From the NCBI GenBank assembly GCA_963841015.1, contig CAWJAX010000005.1, positions 448,001 to 512,000 on the forward strand: a DNA stretch of 64,000 bases, in the 5' to 3' direction. Both the position numbers and the translations under genes were made by a program. The stretch comes from an uncultured Methanoregulaceae archaeon (GTDB lineage: Archaea; Halobacteriota; Methanomicrobia; Methanomicrobiales; Methanospirillaceae). Below, in pieces: positions 30,795-40,081 of the stretch; position 1 is the stretch's first letter; each line of letters starts with the position of its first letter. Under the pieces are notes generated by a model. That model was given only the letters and a program-made list of their open reading frames with translations, ran no database searches and was not told the DNA's origin.

Positions 30795-31079
30795 ATGCTC
30801 AAGAAGATGAAGGACGAGATCGAACTGCTAAGCCGACATATTGAGGTAGCAAAAGCGGTGGCAGATCATGAACCGATCGGCATCATGAAGCTTGCAGAGC
30901 TGCTCGATCTCCCCTCGCACCGTATACGTTACTCCCTCCATGTTCTGGAACAACTCGGATATATCCGTGCTTCACCGGAAGGTGCAGTTGCCACACCAAG
31001 GACGGCTGAATTATTCCAGCATCTCAATGGTGATCTGGATGAACTCATCCAGCTGCTTACCGCGATGAAGCGTTATTGA
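30795..31079 (+). CDS. Winged-helix DNA-binding protein
   Basis: EPIGIMKLAELL...HRIRYSLHVLEQLGYIRASPEGA. Confidence 0.8.
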   Translation: MLKKMKDEIELLSRHIEVAKAVADHEPIGIMKLAELLDLPSHRIRYSLHVLEQLGYIRASPEGAVATPRTAELFQHLNGDLDELIQLLTAMKRY

Positions 31080-31174
31080 TACGGCTTGATGTCACAATAA
31101 CTCTGTTGTCAAGATCGTCATGAGAGTTACCTTTAAAAGCACTCACAAAGAATCTAATAAAGCGTATTGATATA

Positions 31175-31247
31175 GCCTCCCTAACTCAGTTGGTAGAGTG
31201 TCGGACTGTTAATCCGAATGTCACAGGTTCGAGCCCTGTGGGGGGCG
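31175..31247 (+). tRNA. tRNA-Asn(GTT)
   Basis: Cloverleaf; anticodon arm TCGGA-CTGTTAA-TCCGA; TTCGA T-loop. Confidence 0.96.
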
Positions 31248-31252
31248 TTTTT

Positions 31253-31328
31253 GGGCCCGTCAGCTCAGTCCGGTTAGAGCGCCCGGCTCATAACCGGGCG
31301 GTCATGCGTTCGAATCGCATCGGGCCCA
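31253..31328 (+). tRNA. tRNA(CAT), most likely Ile2 (agmatidine type)
   Basis: Anticodon CAT; GGGCCCG acceptor and body closely match the tRNA-Ile(GAT) at 44144, unlike an initiator tRNA. Confidence 0.88.
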
Positions 31329-31424
31329 TTGTTTTTTTTGTTTTTTAAGGGAATGTCATGGTTGACTACCCATCATGGAATATATTGAAAACCTTTCTAT
31401 CTCTGAACTACCATACGGAGGAGC

Positions 31425-32456
31425 ATGAAATGTCCTGTGTGCGAGATGGATTGTGTTGAGTCAGCAAAAGACCTTCTTGCCACACTTCCCACAATTTTTA
31501 TTCCCTGTGCAGACTGTAGTCTGCGGATCCTTGATAAAAGATCTCCGCTACCCACGCTTGAATATGCAGAACCCTGCTCATGCGGAAAACGATTCATCGA
31601 TGAAGTTTTTGCCCACATGTACGTTATCATGGTTGAGGAGGGTGATTTAAGTCCGACAGACCCGCTTATCGCGGTGGGATCCCCGCTCGTTCACCCTGGA
31701 TTTGCCATGGATCGTCCACCTTTCCTTCCGGAAAAGTCACTTGTGCTTCTCACCACACGGGCGACTAAAATTACAGCAGAACGTCTCGTTCTGGAAGTTC
31801 CCGAACTCCGCGGTATTGTAAAGAAAGGCGATTTTGTACCGGGAATTACAAATCCTGACCTTCATTCCGTTCCAAAAGTCTATGAACTTCTTGCAGGATG
31901 TGATGTAAGGGCTGACGTTTTTCCGCTCTGGACAGGTCCCATGGTGATGTATAAGCAACAGTCCCTTATCCATATCGAATTCCCACGCATGGGATACCCG
32001 AAGATCCGCGCGGTCGAGCACCATGTGGGAAAACCTCCTGTCACCAATTTTGTTGACGCATGTTCCGGTGTGGGAACCCTGGGTCTCACTGCAGCATGTC
32101 TTGGTGTGCCCCATGTTGTGATGAATGATGCATGGTATGCCTCGGCATTCTGGTCAGCATTTAATCTCGAAGTAAACCGGGGTTATCTCAAAATCAGCCG
32201 GGTGAAGATCTTTGAACAATTACAGGATATGCAGAAACATCCGGTTACCATCGACCCGATAAAAATTGCCGAAACTGAAGGGGATCAGGTAATCGAGGTA
32301 TATCAGGGTGATTTCCACCAATTATTTAGTGTGTTATCCCCTGGGAGCAATCCTTTGACTGCACTTGATATTTTCGATAAAAAAGATCTCACTTCCCTTG
32401 AACAAACCAAGCGAGAATGGCTGGAAAAGGTGGGCGGTGAGGTATTCGTTCCTTAA
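31425..32456 (+). CDS. Uncharacterised Zn-binding, SAM-dependent methyltransferase-like protein
   Basis: CPVC, CADC and CSCG Cys pairs; VDACSGVGTLG motif I-like sequence. Confidence 0.7.
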   Translation: MKCPVCEMDCVESAKDLLATLPTIFIPCADCSLRILDKRSPLPTLEYAEPCSCGKRFIDEVFAHMYVIMVEEGDLSPTDPLIAVGSPLVHPGFAMDRPPFLPEKSLVLLTTRATKITAERLVLEVPELRGIVKKGDFVPGITNPDLHSVPKVYELLAGCDVRADVFPLWTGPMVMYKQQSLIHIEFPRMGYPKIRAVEHHVGKPPVTNFVDACSGVGTLGLTAACLGVPHVVMNDAWYASAFWSAFNLEVNRGYLKISRVKIFEQLQDMQKHPVTIDPIKIAETEGDQVIEVYQGDFHQLFSVLSPGSNPLTALDIFDKKDLTSLEQTKREWLEKVGGEVFVP

Positions 32457-32542
32457 TTATTGCCATTTGTTGAAAGGGATACTTTGGTACCAGATCCTGT
32501 TTACGGTAAAAAGCCTTTATTGACCAGTGCACAAAGGTATAT

Positions 32543-32849
32543 GGGGACTAGCCCGGGTGGTTCGGCGTCACCTGTAACCTGAAACCGTCGGTACGCGGGG
32601 GGCGAAGTTTGAGGAAGGCTGCAACGGCCTGCGGGAGCCTGTGCGTTCTGACTGTGAAACCTCGTCCCATGAGGTCGATGGCCAGGTATCAATATTCCGG
32701 AGGGAATGGCGACCTGTCGCTGCGGGGACCGGTTCAGGCCCGGAAGGGAGCAGACTTACCGTAGACATCCGGCGCCCATGGGGTAACGGGGCGGAGGATG
32801 GATGCTTTGGCAAACGTAGTAACGTACAGTCGACCGATAACACGTCCCC
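32543..32849 (+). ncRNA. ffs: Archaeal SRP (7S) RNA
   Basis: Terminal GGGGAC/GTCCCC helix, Alu-domain TGTAAC, helix-8 CAGGCCCGGAAGGGAGCA; TTTATT box ~25 nt upstream. Confidence 0.95.
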
Positions 32850-32862
32850 ATTTACGATTATC

Positions 32863-33816
32863 ATGTCAAAAGTGACTATCCTTGGTGCAACCGGCAATGT
32901 GGGATTGTTTGCTTCTTATGCAGTATCAGCAAATCCTCATGTGCGGGAAATCCTTCTTTACGGGCGGGAAGGGCGCGAAACACTACTCCGTGGAATCACG
33001 CAGGATTTTGTTGATTCATTTGCTGCACGCGGAACGAATATCAAAATCAACTGGACAACCAACTTAAAAGATGCTGCCGGGTCAGATGTTGTTATCATTA
33101 CCTCCGGGATTCCGCGCACTCCGGGACAGGACCGTCTTGATCTGGCTATGGGAAATGCAAGGGTAATCTCCCCTCTTGCGCAGACTATCGGGATTATCGC
33201 ACCTGAAACCAAGATTCTGGTAGTTACCAATCCTGTTGATGTCATGACCTGCGTTGCTTTGAAATATTCCGGCCTTAATCCCAGCCAGGTATTCGGGCTT
33301 GGAACGCATCTTGATTCAATGCGATTAAAATCCCTTATTGCTGCCTATTTCAAAGTCCATGTGAGCGAAGTCCACACACGTATTATCGGTGAACATGGCG
33401 ACAGCATGGTCCCGCTCTGGTCAGCCACGACGATAGGTGGTATCAAGATATCCAACCTGCCAGCATTTGCACACCTCCCGGTAAAAGAGATCATTGAATC
33501 GGTAAAATGCAGCGGAAACCTGATCATCAAAGATAAGGGATCTACCGTCTACGGACCTGGAGAAGCGATCGCTTCGTTAGTAAAGACGGTGCTTGGTGAT
33601 GAAAACCGGATCCTGACCGTTTCAGCCTATCTAAAAAGCGAGGTCCACGGTATTGGAGAAGGGGATATATGCATTGGTGTCCCGGCCAGAGTAAATCGCA
33701 ACGGGGTGTTCCCGATCACTATCAAGATCGATGAATCCGAAGTGATAGCATTCCGCGAATCGGTTGAAAAAATCCGGACGATCACGATGAAGGTTCTCGC
33801 AGATCTTGAAGTCTAA
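32863..33816 (+). CDS. mdh: LDH-like malate dehydrogenase
   Basis: GATGNVG, PRTPGQDRLDL, VTNPVD, LDSMR, GEHGDSM. Confidence 0.93.
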   Translation: MSKVTILGATGNVGLFASYAVSANPHVREILLYGREGRETLLRGITQDFVDSFAARGTNIKINWTTNLKDAAGSDVVIITSGIPRTPGQDRLDLAMGNARVISPLAQTIGIIAPETKILVVTNPVDVMTCVALKYSGLNPSQVFGLGTHLDSMRLKSLIAAYFKVHVSEVHTRIIGEHGDSMVPLWSATTIGGIKISNLPAFAHLPVKEIIESVKCSGNLIIKDKGSTVYGPGEAIASLVKTVLGDENRILTVSAYLKSEVHGIGEGDICIGVPARVNRNGVFPITIKIDESEVIAFRESVEKIRTITMKVLADLEV

Positions 33817-33841
33817 GAAAAAAGTGTTTTTATAACCTGAA

Positions 33842-34099
33842 TCAGGTTAATGTTACTTCGACAATTTCTGCACGTTCGACACCCGCTACTTCATTCAGGG
33901 ACTTCTCGATTGCATCGGTTTCTCCCCCGGAGTCGTTTACGACTGCAACAAGTTTAAGCGCCTTTAAACCAAAACCGATTGGCTCCTCTCGAATTTCATG
34001 AATTCCGGGCAGCTTCTGTTTTAATGCCTTTTTCAATTGTTCAAGGTCCACTTCCGGTGATTCGGGCATAACCCTGACAATTACAGCAACACCACCCAT
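33842..34099 (-). CDS. ef1b: Elongation factor aEF-1 beta
   Basis: VMPESPEVDL, EPIGFGLKAL. Confidence 0.95.
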   Translation of the reverse strand: MGGVAVIVRVMPESPEVDLEQLKKALKQKLPGIHEIREEPIGFGLKALKLVAVVNDSGGETDAIEKSLNEVAGVERAEIVEVTLT

Positions 34100-34102
34100 G
34101 AA

Positions 34103-34264
34103 TTACGGTCCCCCAAATCCACATTTTGGGCAGATATAGGGAATGCTCTGCTCCCGGCACCGGTAACACCGGTTGATCTCAACACCACATGCGGGGCATC
34201 CGAATTCCGTTGCGCCCTCTTCTGCAAGCGGGGCATTGCAGGATGTACATTTTTTATCTGACAC
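34103..34264 (-). CDS. Zn-ribbon microprotein (DUF1610/HVO_2753-like), 53 aa; absent from the ORF track
   Basis: CTSC...FGCPACG...RCYRCREQSIPYICPKCGFGGP; GGAGGAG SD before GTG; usual position upstream of ef1b. Confidence 0.9.
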   Translation of the reverse strand: MSDKKCTSCNAPLAEEGATEFGCPACGVEINRCYRCREQSIPYICPKCGFGGP

Positions 34265-34307
34265 GATTGCTCCTCCAAGGATTCCAATAGTATCTCTTTT
34301 GGAACCT

Positions 34308-34931
34308 TTAAAAGGTTGTACAGATCTCAGTACGGGGGATCAGCTCTCCCTTCAGGTATTTTTCCACGCGATCTGGTTGTGATCCATTGATTATGGTTGT
34401 TTTCACGGTATTTTTTATCACAAACGGAATAAAACAGGGGTCAACGATATCTGATTCCACTGGCCCGGTTACCTGCTCCTGGAGGATCCCGTTGATGAAA
34501 ATACCATCAATAGATTTGAGAAGGAGAAGATCGAGATGAAGGGTGCCTGCAACCCATGCAGCGATAGTATCAGAAGTTACATCCCAGGTGTGGGGCAGAA
34601 TGTCAGTTAACCTGAGGCACCGATAAGGCAGCAATATTGTTGTTGTCAGAGGCACGGCAATTCTGTCTGTCGTTAAGATGCCAAATGAGGAGATGAACCA
34701 ACCATACTGCTCCATTGCGGCGATGGCCATCCAGTGTGCCGCATCGTTATTTACCCGAACCTGTCGTACAAGGTCAGCAAATGGACCCCCGCCAGGGATT
34801 AAAAATAACGGCCGGTCTGATGCAATAAGTATCGGTGCAAGGTCGGGAATCTGATTATACAGACTTCCCCCCACTTTGACAATTAATGGCGAAGTTGATT
34901 GATCTTTAGGTGATTCCCTGCTCTTATTCAT
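34308..34931 (-). CDS. mfnE: Amino-acid-kinase family protein, MfnE-like
   Basis: VKVGGSL, PGGGPFADLVR, AHWMAI, HTWDVTSDTIA. Confidence 0.75.
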   Translation of the reverse strand: MNKSRESPKDQSTSPLIVKVGGSLYNQIPDLAPILIASDRPLFLIPGGGPFADLVRQVRVNNDAAHWMAIAAMEQYGWFISSFGILTTDRIAVPLTTTILLPYRCLRLTDILPHTWDVTSDTIAAWVAGTLHLDLLLLKSIDGIFINGILQEQVTGPVESDIVDPCFIPFVIKNTVKTTIINGSQPDRVEKYLKGELIPRTEICTTF

Positions 34932-34982
34932 ACTTCCGGAGAGTTATATCGCCAGATTATAAAAGGAGCATGGCGAAATTGA

Positions 34983-36662
34983 GTGATAATGCGCCGTTTT
35001 CTTGCGTTTTTCCTCATTTTATGGTGTGTGATGCACGCGGGTGCCGCAGTCCAGATTATTGAGTTCTGTCCTGATCCTCATAGTTATGAGGATGCGGATG
35101 AGTATCTTGTCCTCTCTGGTACCGGCTCCCTTGATGGTTTCACGATTTCCGATGGGGAGGGTGGATTTCGTTTCCCTCCGGGAACCCGGATCAACGGTGT
35201 GCTAACCATAGCCCGCAGCGGAACGGCTTTTAAACAAAGTCATGGAATATATCCTGATTTTGAATGGCTGGATTATTCTCAGCTGGTTCCAGATGTGATC
35301 AAGGGTGATACGCTCCGTCTGGCGAATTCGAACGATGCTCTCATGCTGTATGAGAATGGGATACTTGTTCAGAATGTTGCCTGGCCAGAAGATGTGAAAC
35401 CTCGCGAGGGACAGATACATTTTCTCGAAAAAGGGGTGTGGGATCTCCGCCCGCTCATGATAGGGCAGTCGCGCTTGTCTCCGGCGGTATTCCATAATGT
35501 ATCAATAACGACGTTTGTTTCGCCGGATTCGTCCAGCGAGGTTTTCTCGTATGCAGTGAATCAGGCATCAGATGAAGTACTGCTGAATGTGTATGAATTT
35601 TCGAGTCCTCTCATGGCAGATACACTGATTACCGCACACGCGCGGGGGGTCGATATTAAGGTTATTGTTGAAGGCGGTCCTGTTGGGGGTATTAGTCCGG
35701 AAGGAAAAGAAGCGATCCGGATGCTTAACGACGGTGGAATTCCGGTCTCAATGATGGTATCACGCAAAGGGGAGCCTGCACCTTATCGCTATGACCATGC
35801 AAAATACATGGTCATAGACCGGCAGTCAATCCTTCTTACCAGTGAGAACTTCAAATACAGTGGATTTCCTCCTGCAGGAATGAACGGTAATCGGGGCTGG
35901 GGTGTATATCTCGAGGACCCCGGACTTGCAGAATATTTTTCAATAGTCTACCTGACCGATTATAGCGGAAAATCTATGACTGCTTATAATGGATCAGCAG
36001 GGCCTCCCGAACCCATGCCTTCCAGGAAATATACCGTAGAATTCCAGCCTGGATATTTTACCGGTGCAACAGTTCGTCCTGTTATTTCACCAGACACCAG
36101 CAGCCAGATTACGGAGCTGATAAACTCTGCTGAACGGAGTATCGAGATCGAGCAGGCATACATCACCAACGAGACGGCGTATTCCCTGAATCCGTATCTT
36201 TCAGCAGCGATAAATGCCTCGCGCCGGGGAGTACATGTCAGGGTATTGCTCGATTCATATTGGTATAACATCGAAGATGAAACAGACAATGATGAGATGG
36301 TGGCGCTTATTAACCGCATCGGGTCATGTGAACACATCCCCCTGGAAGCCCGGTGTGCCGATCTCTCAACAAAAGAGATCGATAAGATTCATAATAAAGG
36401 GGTGATCGTGGATGATCGGTATGTGCTGGTAAGCAGTATCAACTGGAACAGCAACTCTCCCAATTTTAACCGGGAAGCAGGGGTAATTATTGATCATCCT
36501 GGCGTCGCCCGGTACTTTCTTGATGTATTTGAAAACGACTGGAATTCCGTGGTTAAATTACCGGCACACAAAACAGATTACCTGAAAATTGCCATTGTTG
36601 CTGTAGTAATAACCCTTTTGCTATTGCTCTATTATCACCATAAAAAAAATAATAAAATCTGA
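34983..36662 (+). CDS. Secreted, membrane-anchored phospholipase D-family protein
   Basis: Two HKD motifs (HAKYMVID, HNKGVIVD); signal peptide; C-terminal TM with basic tail. Confidence 0.92.
   Translation: MIMRRFLAFFLILWCVMHAGAAVQIIEFCPDPHSYEDADEYLVLSGTGSLDGFTISDGEGGFRFPPGTRINGVLTIARSGTAFKQSHGIYPDFEWLDYSQLVPDVIKGDTLRLANSNDALMLYENGILVQNVAWPEDVKPREGQIHFLEKGVWDLRPLMIGQSRLSPAVFHNVSITTFVSPDSSSEVFSYAVNQASDEVLLNVYEFSSPLMADTLITAHARGVDIKVIVEGGPVGGISPEGKEAIRMLNDGGIPVSMMVSRKGEPAPYRYDHAKYMVIDRQSILLTSENFKYSGFPPAGMNGNRGWGVYLEDPGLAEYFSIVYLTDYSGKSMTAYNGSAGPPEPMPSRKYTVEFQPGYFTGATVRPVISPDTSSQITELINSAERSIEIEQAYITNETAYSLNPYLSAAINASRRGVHVRVLLDSYWYNIEDETDNDEMVALINRIGSCEHIPLEARCADLSTKEIDKIHNKGVIVDDRYVLVSSINWNSNSPNFNREAGVIIDHPGVARYFLDVFENDWNSVVKLPAHKTDYLKIAIVAVVITLLLLLYYHHKKNNKI
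36445..36596 (+). repeat. Direct repeat copy 1 (3' end of the PLD gene)
   Basis: 152-bp ungapped match to 38011-38162 with 16 mismatches by hand count. Confidence 0.95.
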
Positions 36663-36849
36663 AATTTATTAAAAGAGAATAGTAACAATCCTCATCCACA
36701 CTCGGATGAAATTATTATTAAATCATCAAATGATATGCTGTTATCGCTGATAATTTCTGATCATTGGCAATGCAATGGTGCAATGCCACCCTTAATACCA
36801 ATCTCCGTTTCAAATCTTAAAAAATAAGATTGATTGCTTGGAATTACTG

Positions 36850-38052
36850 ATGAAAATGAAAACTGATGGCTTGAGAATTGAGCTCGTTGATTCAGAGGAA
36901 GAATTCTTAGCAATGAAAGTCGAATGGAATGCACTATTTGATAAAAGTATCAACTCCTCAATTTATTCATCATACCCTTTCGTGCATACGGCATGGAAAT
37001 ATTTTAAGAATGAAAACGATCGATTATTCATTCTTATCGTGAAACGGGATGCAACAATTGTCGCGATTGCACCCTTCAGAATTGAAAGAGTAAAAATGGG
37101 TAATCTTTGTTTCAAATGGTTGATACGCTTCATTTCCGAATACGGTGGTGGCGACAAACCCTCAATTTTGTCAATAGAAGAACCAGAATGCATTTGGGAG
37201 GGGATTTTTCAGTTTCTAAGCGAAGAGTTTACGCAATGGGATGGGATTCAGCTTTTTGAACAGCCTGCAAACAGTCCAATTCTTAATCTAAAGTTTTTTA
37301 GTGATAGATTGTACTTTGCCGTTGCAGTTCCGCAGGTTTCTTCTTATTATGTCTCAATTGCCGGGACGTGGGAAGAATACCTGAAAACACGGGGGAAAGA
37401 TACTCGGAGAAAATGGAAAAAATCCAGAAAAAAATTATTTGACCTGCCCGAAGGTGTCGGTTTTCAATGTATTGAAGATTATGAGACCCTGCCGGAGGCA
37501 TTAGAAAGATATATGGATATAGAACAATCCGGTTGGAAAATCAATCGAGATTTTAGTGTGGGCGGCAACGAGATAAATAAGAGATTTTATACAGAATTGC
37601 TGAAACATCTGGCTTGTAAAAATATGGTGTCGATGTATTTTTTGACATCAGGAACTACGGATATTGCTGCTTCGATACAGTATAAACAAAAATCCATTGT
37701 GTATGGAGCGCACACAACCTACAGACCAAAATATGCTGAATATTCTCCAGGAATTATTCTGATAACGGAATTATTGAAGAATCTGTTTGGTACGCAATAC
37801 CATGAATTCGATCTTCTTGGTTTCCGAAACGATAAGAAAAACATCTTGAAGAAAAATTTGAGTACAGGAACGCGACAAACGATCAGAATAGAAATTTATA
37901 AAAAAAGCGTTTTTATTCATTTCTACTTTTTAGGAAAAAGGGTAAATAAATTCTTGCAAAACGTCATAAGGATGATGATTTCACATACGCCATCAGAACA
38001 AACTCAGACAGGAACAGCAACTCGCCCAATTTTAACCGGGAAGCTGGGGTAA
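36850..38052 (+). CDS. GNAT acetyltransferase, CelD/BcsL-like
   Basis: EWNALF...WK, GTWEEYL, SGWK, YAEYSPGIIL, FDLLG; AT-richer than flanks; start uncertain (36838-36856). Confidence 0.85.
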   Translation: MKMKTDGLRIELVDSEEEFLAMKVEWNALFDKSINSSIYSSYPFVHTAWKYFKNENDRLFILIVKRDATIVAIAPFRIERVKMGNLCFKWLIRFISEYGGGDKPSILSIEEPECIWEGIFQFLSEEFTQWDGIQLFEQPANSPILNLKFFSDRLYFAVAVPQVSSYYVSIAGTWEEYLKTRGKDTRRKWKKSRKKLFDLPEGVGFQCIEDYETLPEALERYMDIEQSGWKINRDFSVGGNEINKRFYTELLKHLACKNMVSMYFLTSGTTDIAASIQYKQKSIVYGAHTTYRPKYAEYSPGIILITELLKNLFGTQYHEFDLLGFRNDKKNILKKNLSTGTRQTIRIEIYKKSVFIHFYFLGKRVNKFLQNVIRMMISHTPSEQTQTGTATRPILTGKLG

Positions 38053-38219
38053 TTATTGATCATTCTGGCGTCGCCAGGTACTTCCTTGATGTATTCGAAG
38101 ACGAATGGAATTCCACAGTTAAATCACCGGCCGACAAACCCGATTACCTGAAAATTGCCATTCCTGGAATGGTATTGGTGATCCTTATCCTTCTCAAGTA
38201 TCACCTTCAAAAGGTATGA
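38011..38219 (+). pseudogene. Stranded 3' end of a second PLD allele (direct repeat copy 2)
   Basis: Translates NSNSPNFNREAGVIIDHSGVARYFLDVFEDEWNSTVKSPADKPDYLKIAIPGMVLVILILLKYHLQKV*. Confidence 0.92.
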
Positions 38220-38235
38220 CTCAGGAATTAAAATA

Positions 38236-38544
38236 TCAGAACTTCTTAAGTGCGCACTGGCACACATCACATAAATTTATGTCGCTCTCACCGGTAACTA
38301 CTGCAAGAGCCCAACGGTCTATCAGGGAATCAAGCTCATTGGATATCTGACCTTCACTCACTCCTCTTTTCTTACTCATATACTGCGACACTGCAGCTCT
38401 TGTTACTCCGAGACGTTTTGCAGCATCGCTCTGACTGAGCCCCTGCTTTTGCACTAACCGTGAAACCATCTCTGCTCTCATTGGCGGAAGAAGATTCCGT
38501 ACCATAGTATCACAATGCATCAGAGTGCAGGTGTGTTTCGTCAT
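38236..38544 (-). CDS. XRE-type HTH transcriptional regulator with Cys motifs
   Basis: GLSQSDAAKRLGVTRAAVSQY; C-terminal CDVC. Confidence 0.88.
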   Translation of the reverse strand: MTKHTCTLMHCDTMVRNLLPPMRAEMVSRLVQKQGLSQSDAAKRLGVTRAAVSQYMSKKRGVSEGQISNELDSLIDRWALAVVTGESDINLCDVCQCALKKF

Positions 38545-38786
38545 ACACAGACAGATTGGGCTTTCGTCGTTTGTGTAGTCCGGTTCTGGTATATAATCTG
38601 CCGGGCATCACGGAAGTTAAACTTCTCGATGATAAGATGCCGTTCTTTGAGTTTTTTCAATGCATAACGCACTGTACGGGGAGCAAGATGGGTTTTTTGC
38701 ACGAGATCTTTGTGCGTCATAGCTCCGCCGGCATCCAGTATTTCCATCACCGTTTTCGATGAAGGTGGCAATGTTGTGGAATACAT
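38541..38786 (-). CDS. Small winged-helix regulator
   Basis: LPPSSK, LAPRTVRYALKKL, DARQ. Confidence 0.88.
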   Translation of the reverse strand: MYSTTLPPSSKTVMEILDAGGAMTHKDLVQKTHLAPRTVRYALKKLKERHLIIEKFNFRDARQIIYQNRTTQTTKAQSVCV

Positions 38787-38855
38787 GGTAAGATGTTAAC
38801 ACTGTTAACATATGAATCTATCGGTAATTTAAATGAGCCTTCTCAATACTCAATT

Positions 38856-39275
38856 ATGTTCGAACACCAGGAACGGGCGGCTATTTTGCTTTTACTTGGT
38901 GTTGCTTGTTTTGTAATCACGGCACACCTGGCCCTTGGGACGCTCGGAAAACAACCATTTGCACGACCTTTCACCAATAATTCGGCTGATGGTGAACTGG
39001 TGATTACTGATGGTACTATCAATCAGATTTTAATTACAAAAAATGGTGGACACATGAATGTGTATTTGGCCAATATAACCATTTTTGTTCCGGCACCGAT
39101 TGCCCAGGAATTGACTCTCCAAAAAGGTGATTCAATATCTGTGTATGGAGTTGTTCAAACGTATCGCGGGAAAAAAGAGATAGTAGTCAGTTCTGGAAAA
39201 GATATCTCTGTCCTTCCTGCAGGAAATGTTTCCCAGCTATCTTCCCGATATCAGATAAAACAGGAAAAAAATTAA
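38856..39275 (+). CDS. Membrane-anchored OB-fold protein
   Basis: N-terminal TM; GDSISVYGVVQTYRGKKEI. Confidence 0.75.
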   Translation: MFEHQERAAILLLLGVACFVITAHLALGTLGKQPFARPFTNNSADGELVITDGTINQILITKNGGHMNVYLANITIFVPAPIAQELTLQKGDSISVYGVVQTYRGKKEIVVSSGKDISVLPAGNVSQLSSRYQIKQEKN

Positions 39276-39336
39276 TTACATTAATTGCATTTTACTTGGC
39301 GGAAGTTAGCCGAAGTAGCTTCAATCTCTCCGATTG

Positions 39337-39930
39337 CTATACTTTTATTACGGAATCAGTACTCTTTCTGGTCTTTTCATGTTGTATCGAATCAAGAGCT
39401 TTTCGTGCTGCATCCCGCACTTCTGCATCCTCATCAGTAAGCATAGGGGACAGCCCTTCAGTCGCTCGTTCATCAGCAATAGTACCAAGAGCCCATGCAA
39501 CTGTTTTCCGGACTATTTTATTTTTATCTTTGAGAAGCGGGAGAAGTGGACCGACCGCTCGTGAATCGTGGAGCTTTCCCAGTCCCCAGGCAGCACCGGT
39601 ACGGAGCCATTTATCCTCAGATTTCAAAGCTTCTATCAAAGGTTCAACAGCACGGCTATCTCCCAGATTTCCCAGGGATTTTGCAGCAAGCCACGAAACA
39701 TCCACAAAAGGGTCTTTGAGTGCAGTTATCAGAGGTTCAACCGCTGTTTCATCCCCTTCTTTTCCCAAAGCTTCTGCCGCCCGCCAGCGGTAGTTGAGAT
39801 TGGGATCTTTGAGCAGGGTGATATATCCTTTGACGCGTAATTTTTTACGTTCTTTGATTCTCTCAAGTTCATCGGGAGTAGGTTCAGCGAAAGTTTCAGC
39901 ACTCAATGACTGTGTTTCAGGACTACTCAT
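39337..39930 (-). CDS. HEAT/PBS-lyase repeat protein
   Basis: Repeated AAxALGxxGDxRAVEPLIxALKD units. Confidence 0.92.
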   Translation of the reverse strand: MSSPETQSLSAETFAEPTPDELERIKERKKLRVKGYITLLKDPNLNYRWRAAEALGKEGDETAVEPLITALKDPFVDVSWLAAKSLGNLGDSRAVEPLIEALKSEDKWLRTGAAWGLGKLHDSRAVGPLLPLLKDKNKIVRKTVAWALGTIADERATEGLSPMLTDEDAEVRDAARKALDSIQHEKTRKSTDSVIKV

Positions 39931-40081
39931 TGCTTTTCCTCAATAACCACCCATACGTAATACTGGACTATTAAAGTTTTCAATGGTGGAGGATTCCCCG
40001 TTTATGACAAGTGTATCCTGATGAAAAGCAAAATTCCCATGAAAAGGTGAATGTTTTTTAAAAAATTAAGGGAAAAAAATA

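Noticed and set aside
32641-32862. 74-aa N-terminal extension of Mdh in the ORF track
   Set aside because: It runs through the SRP RNA gene; the real start is ATG 32863.
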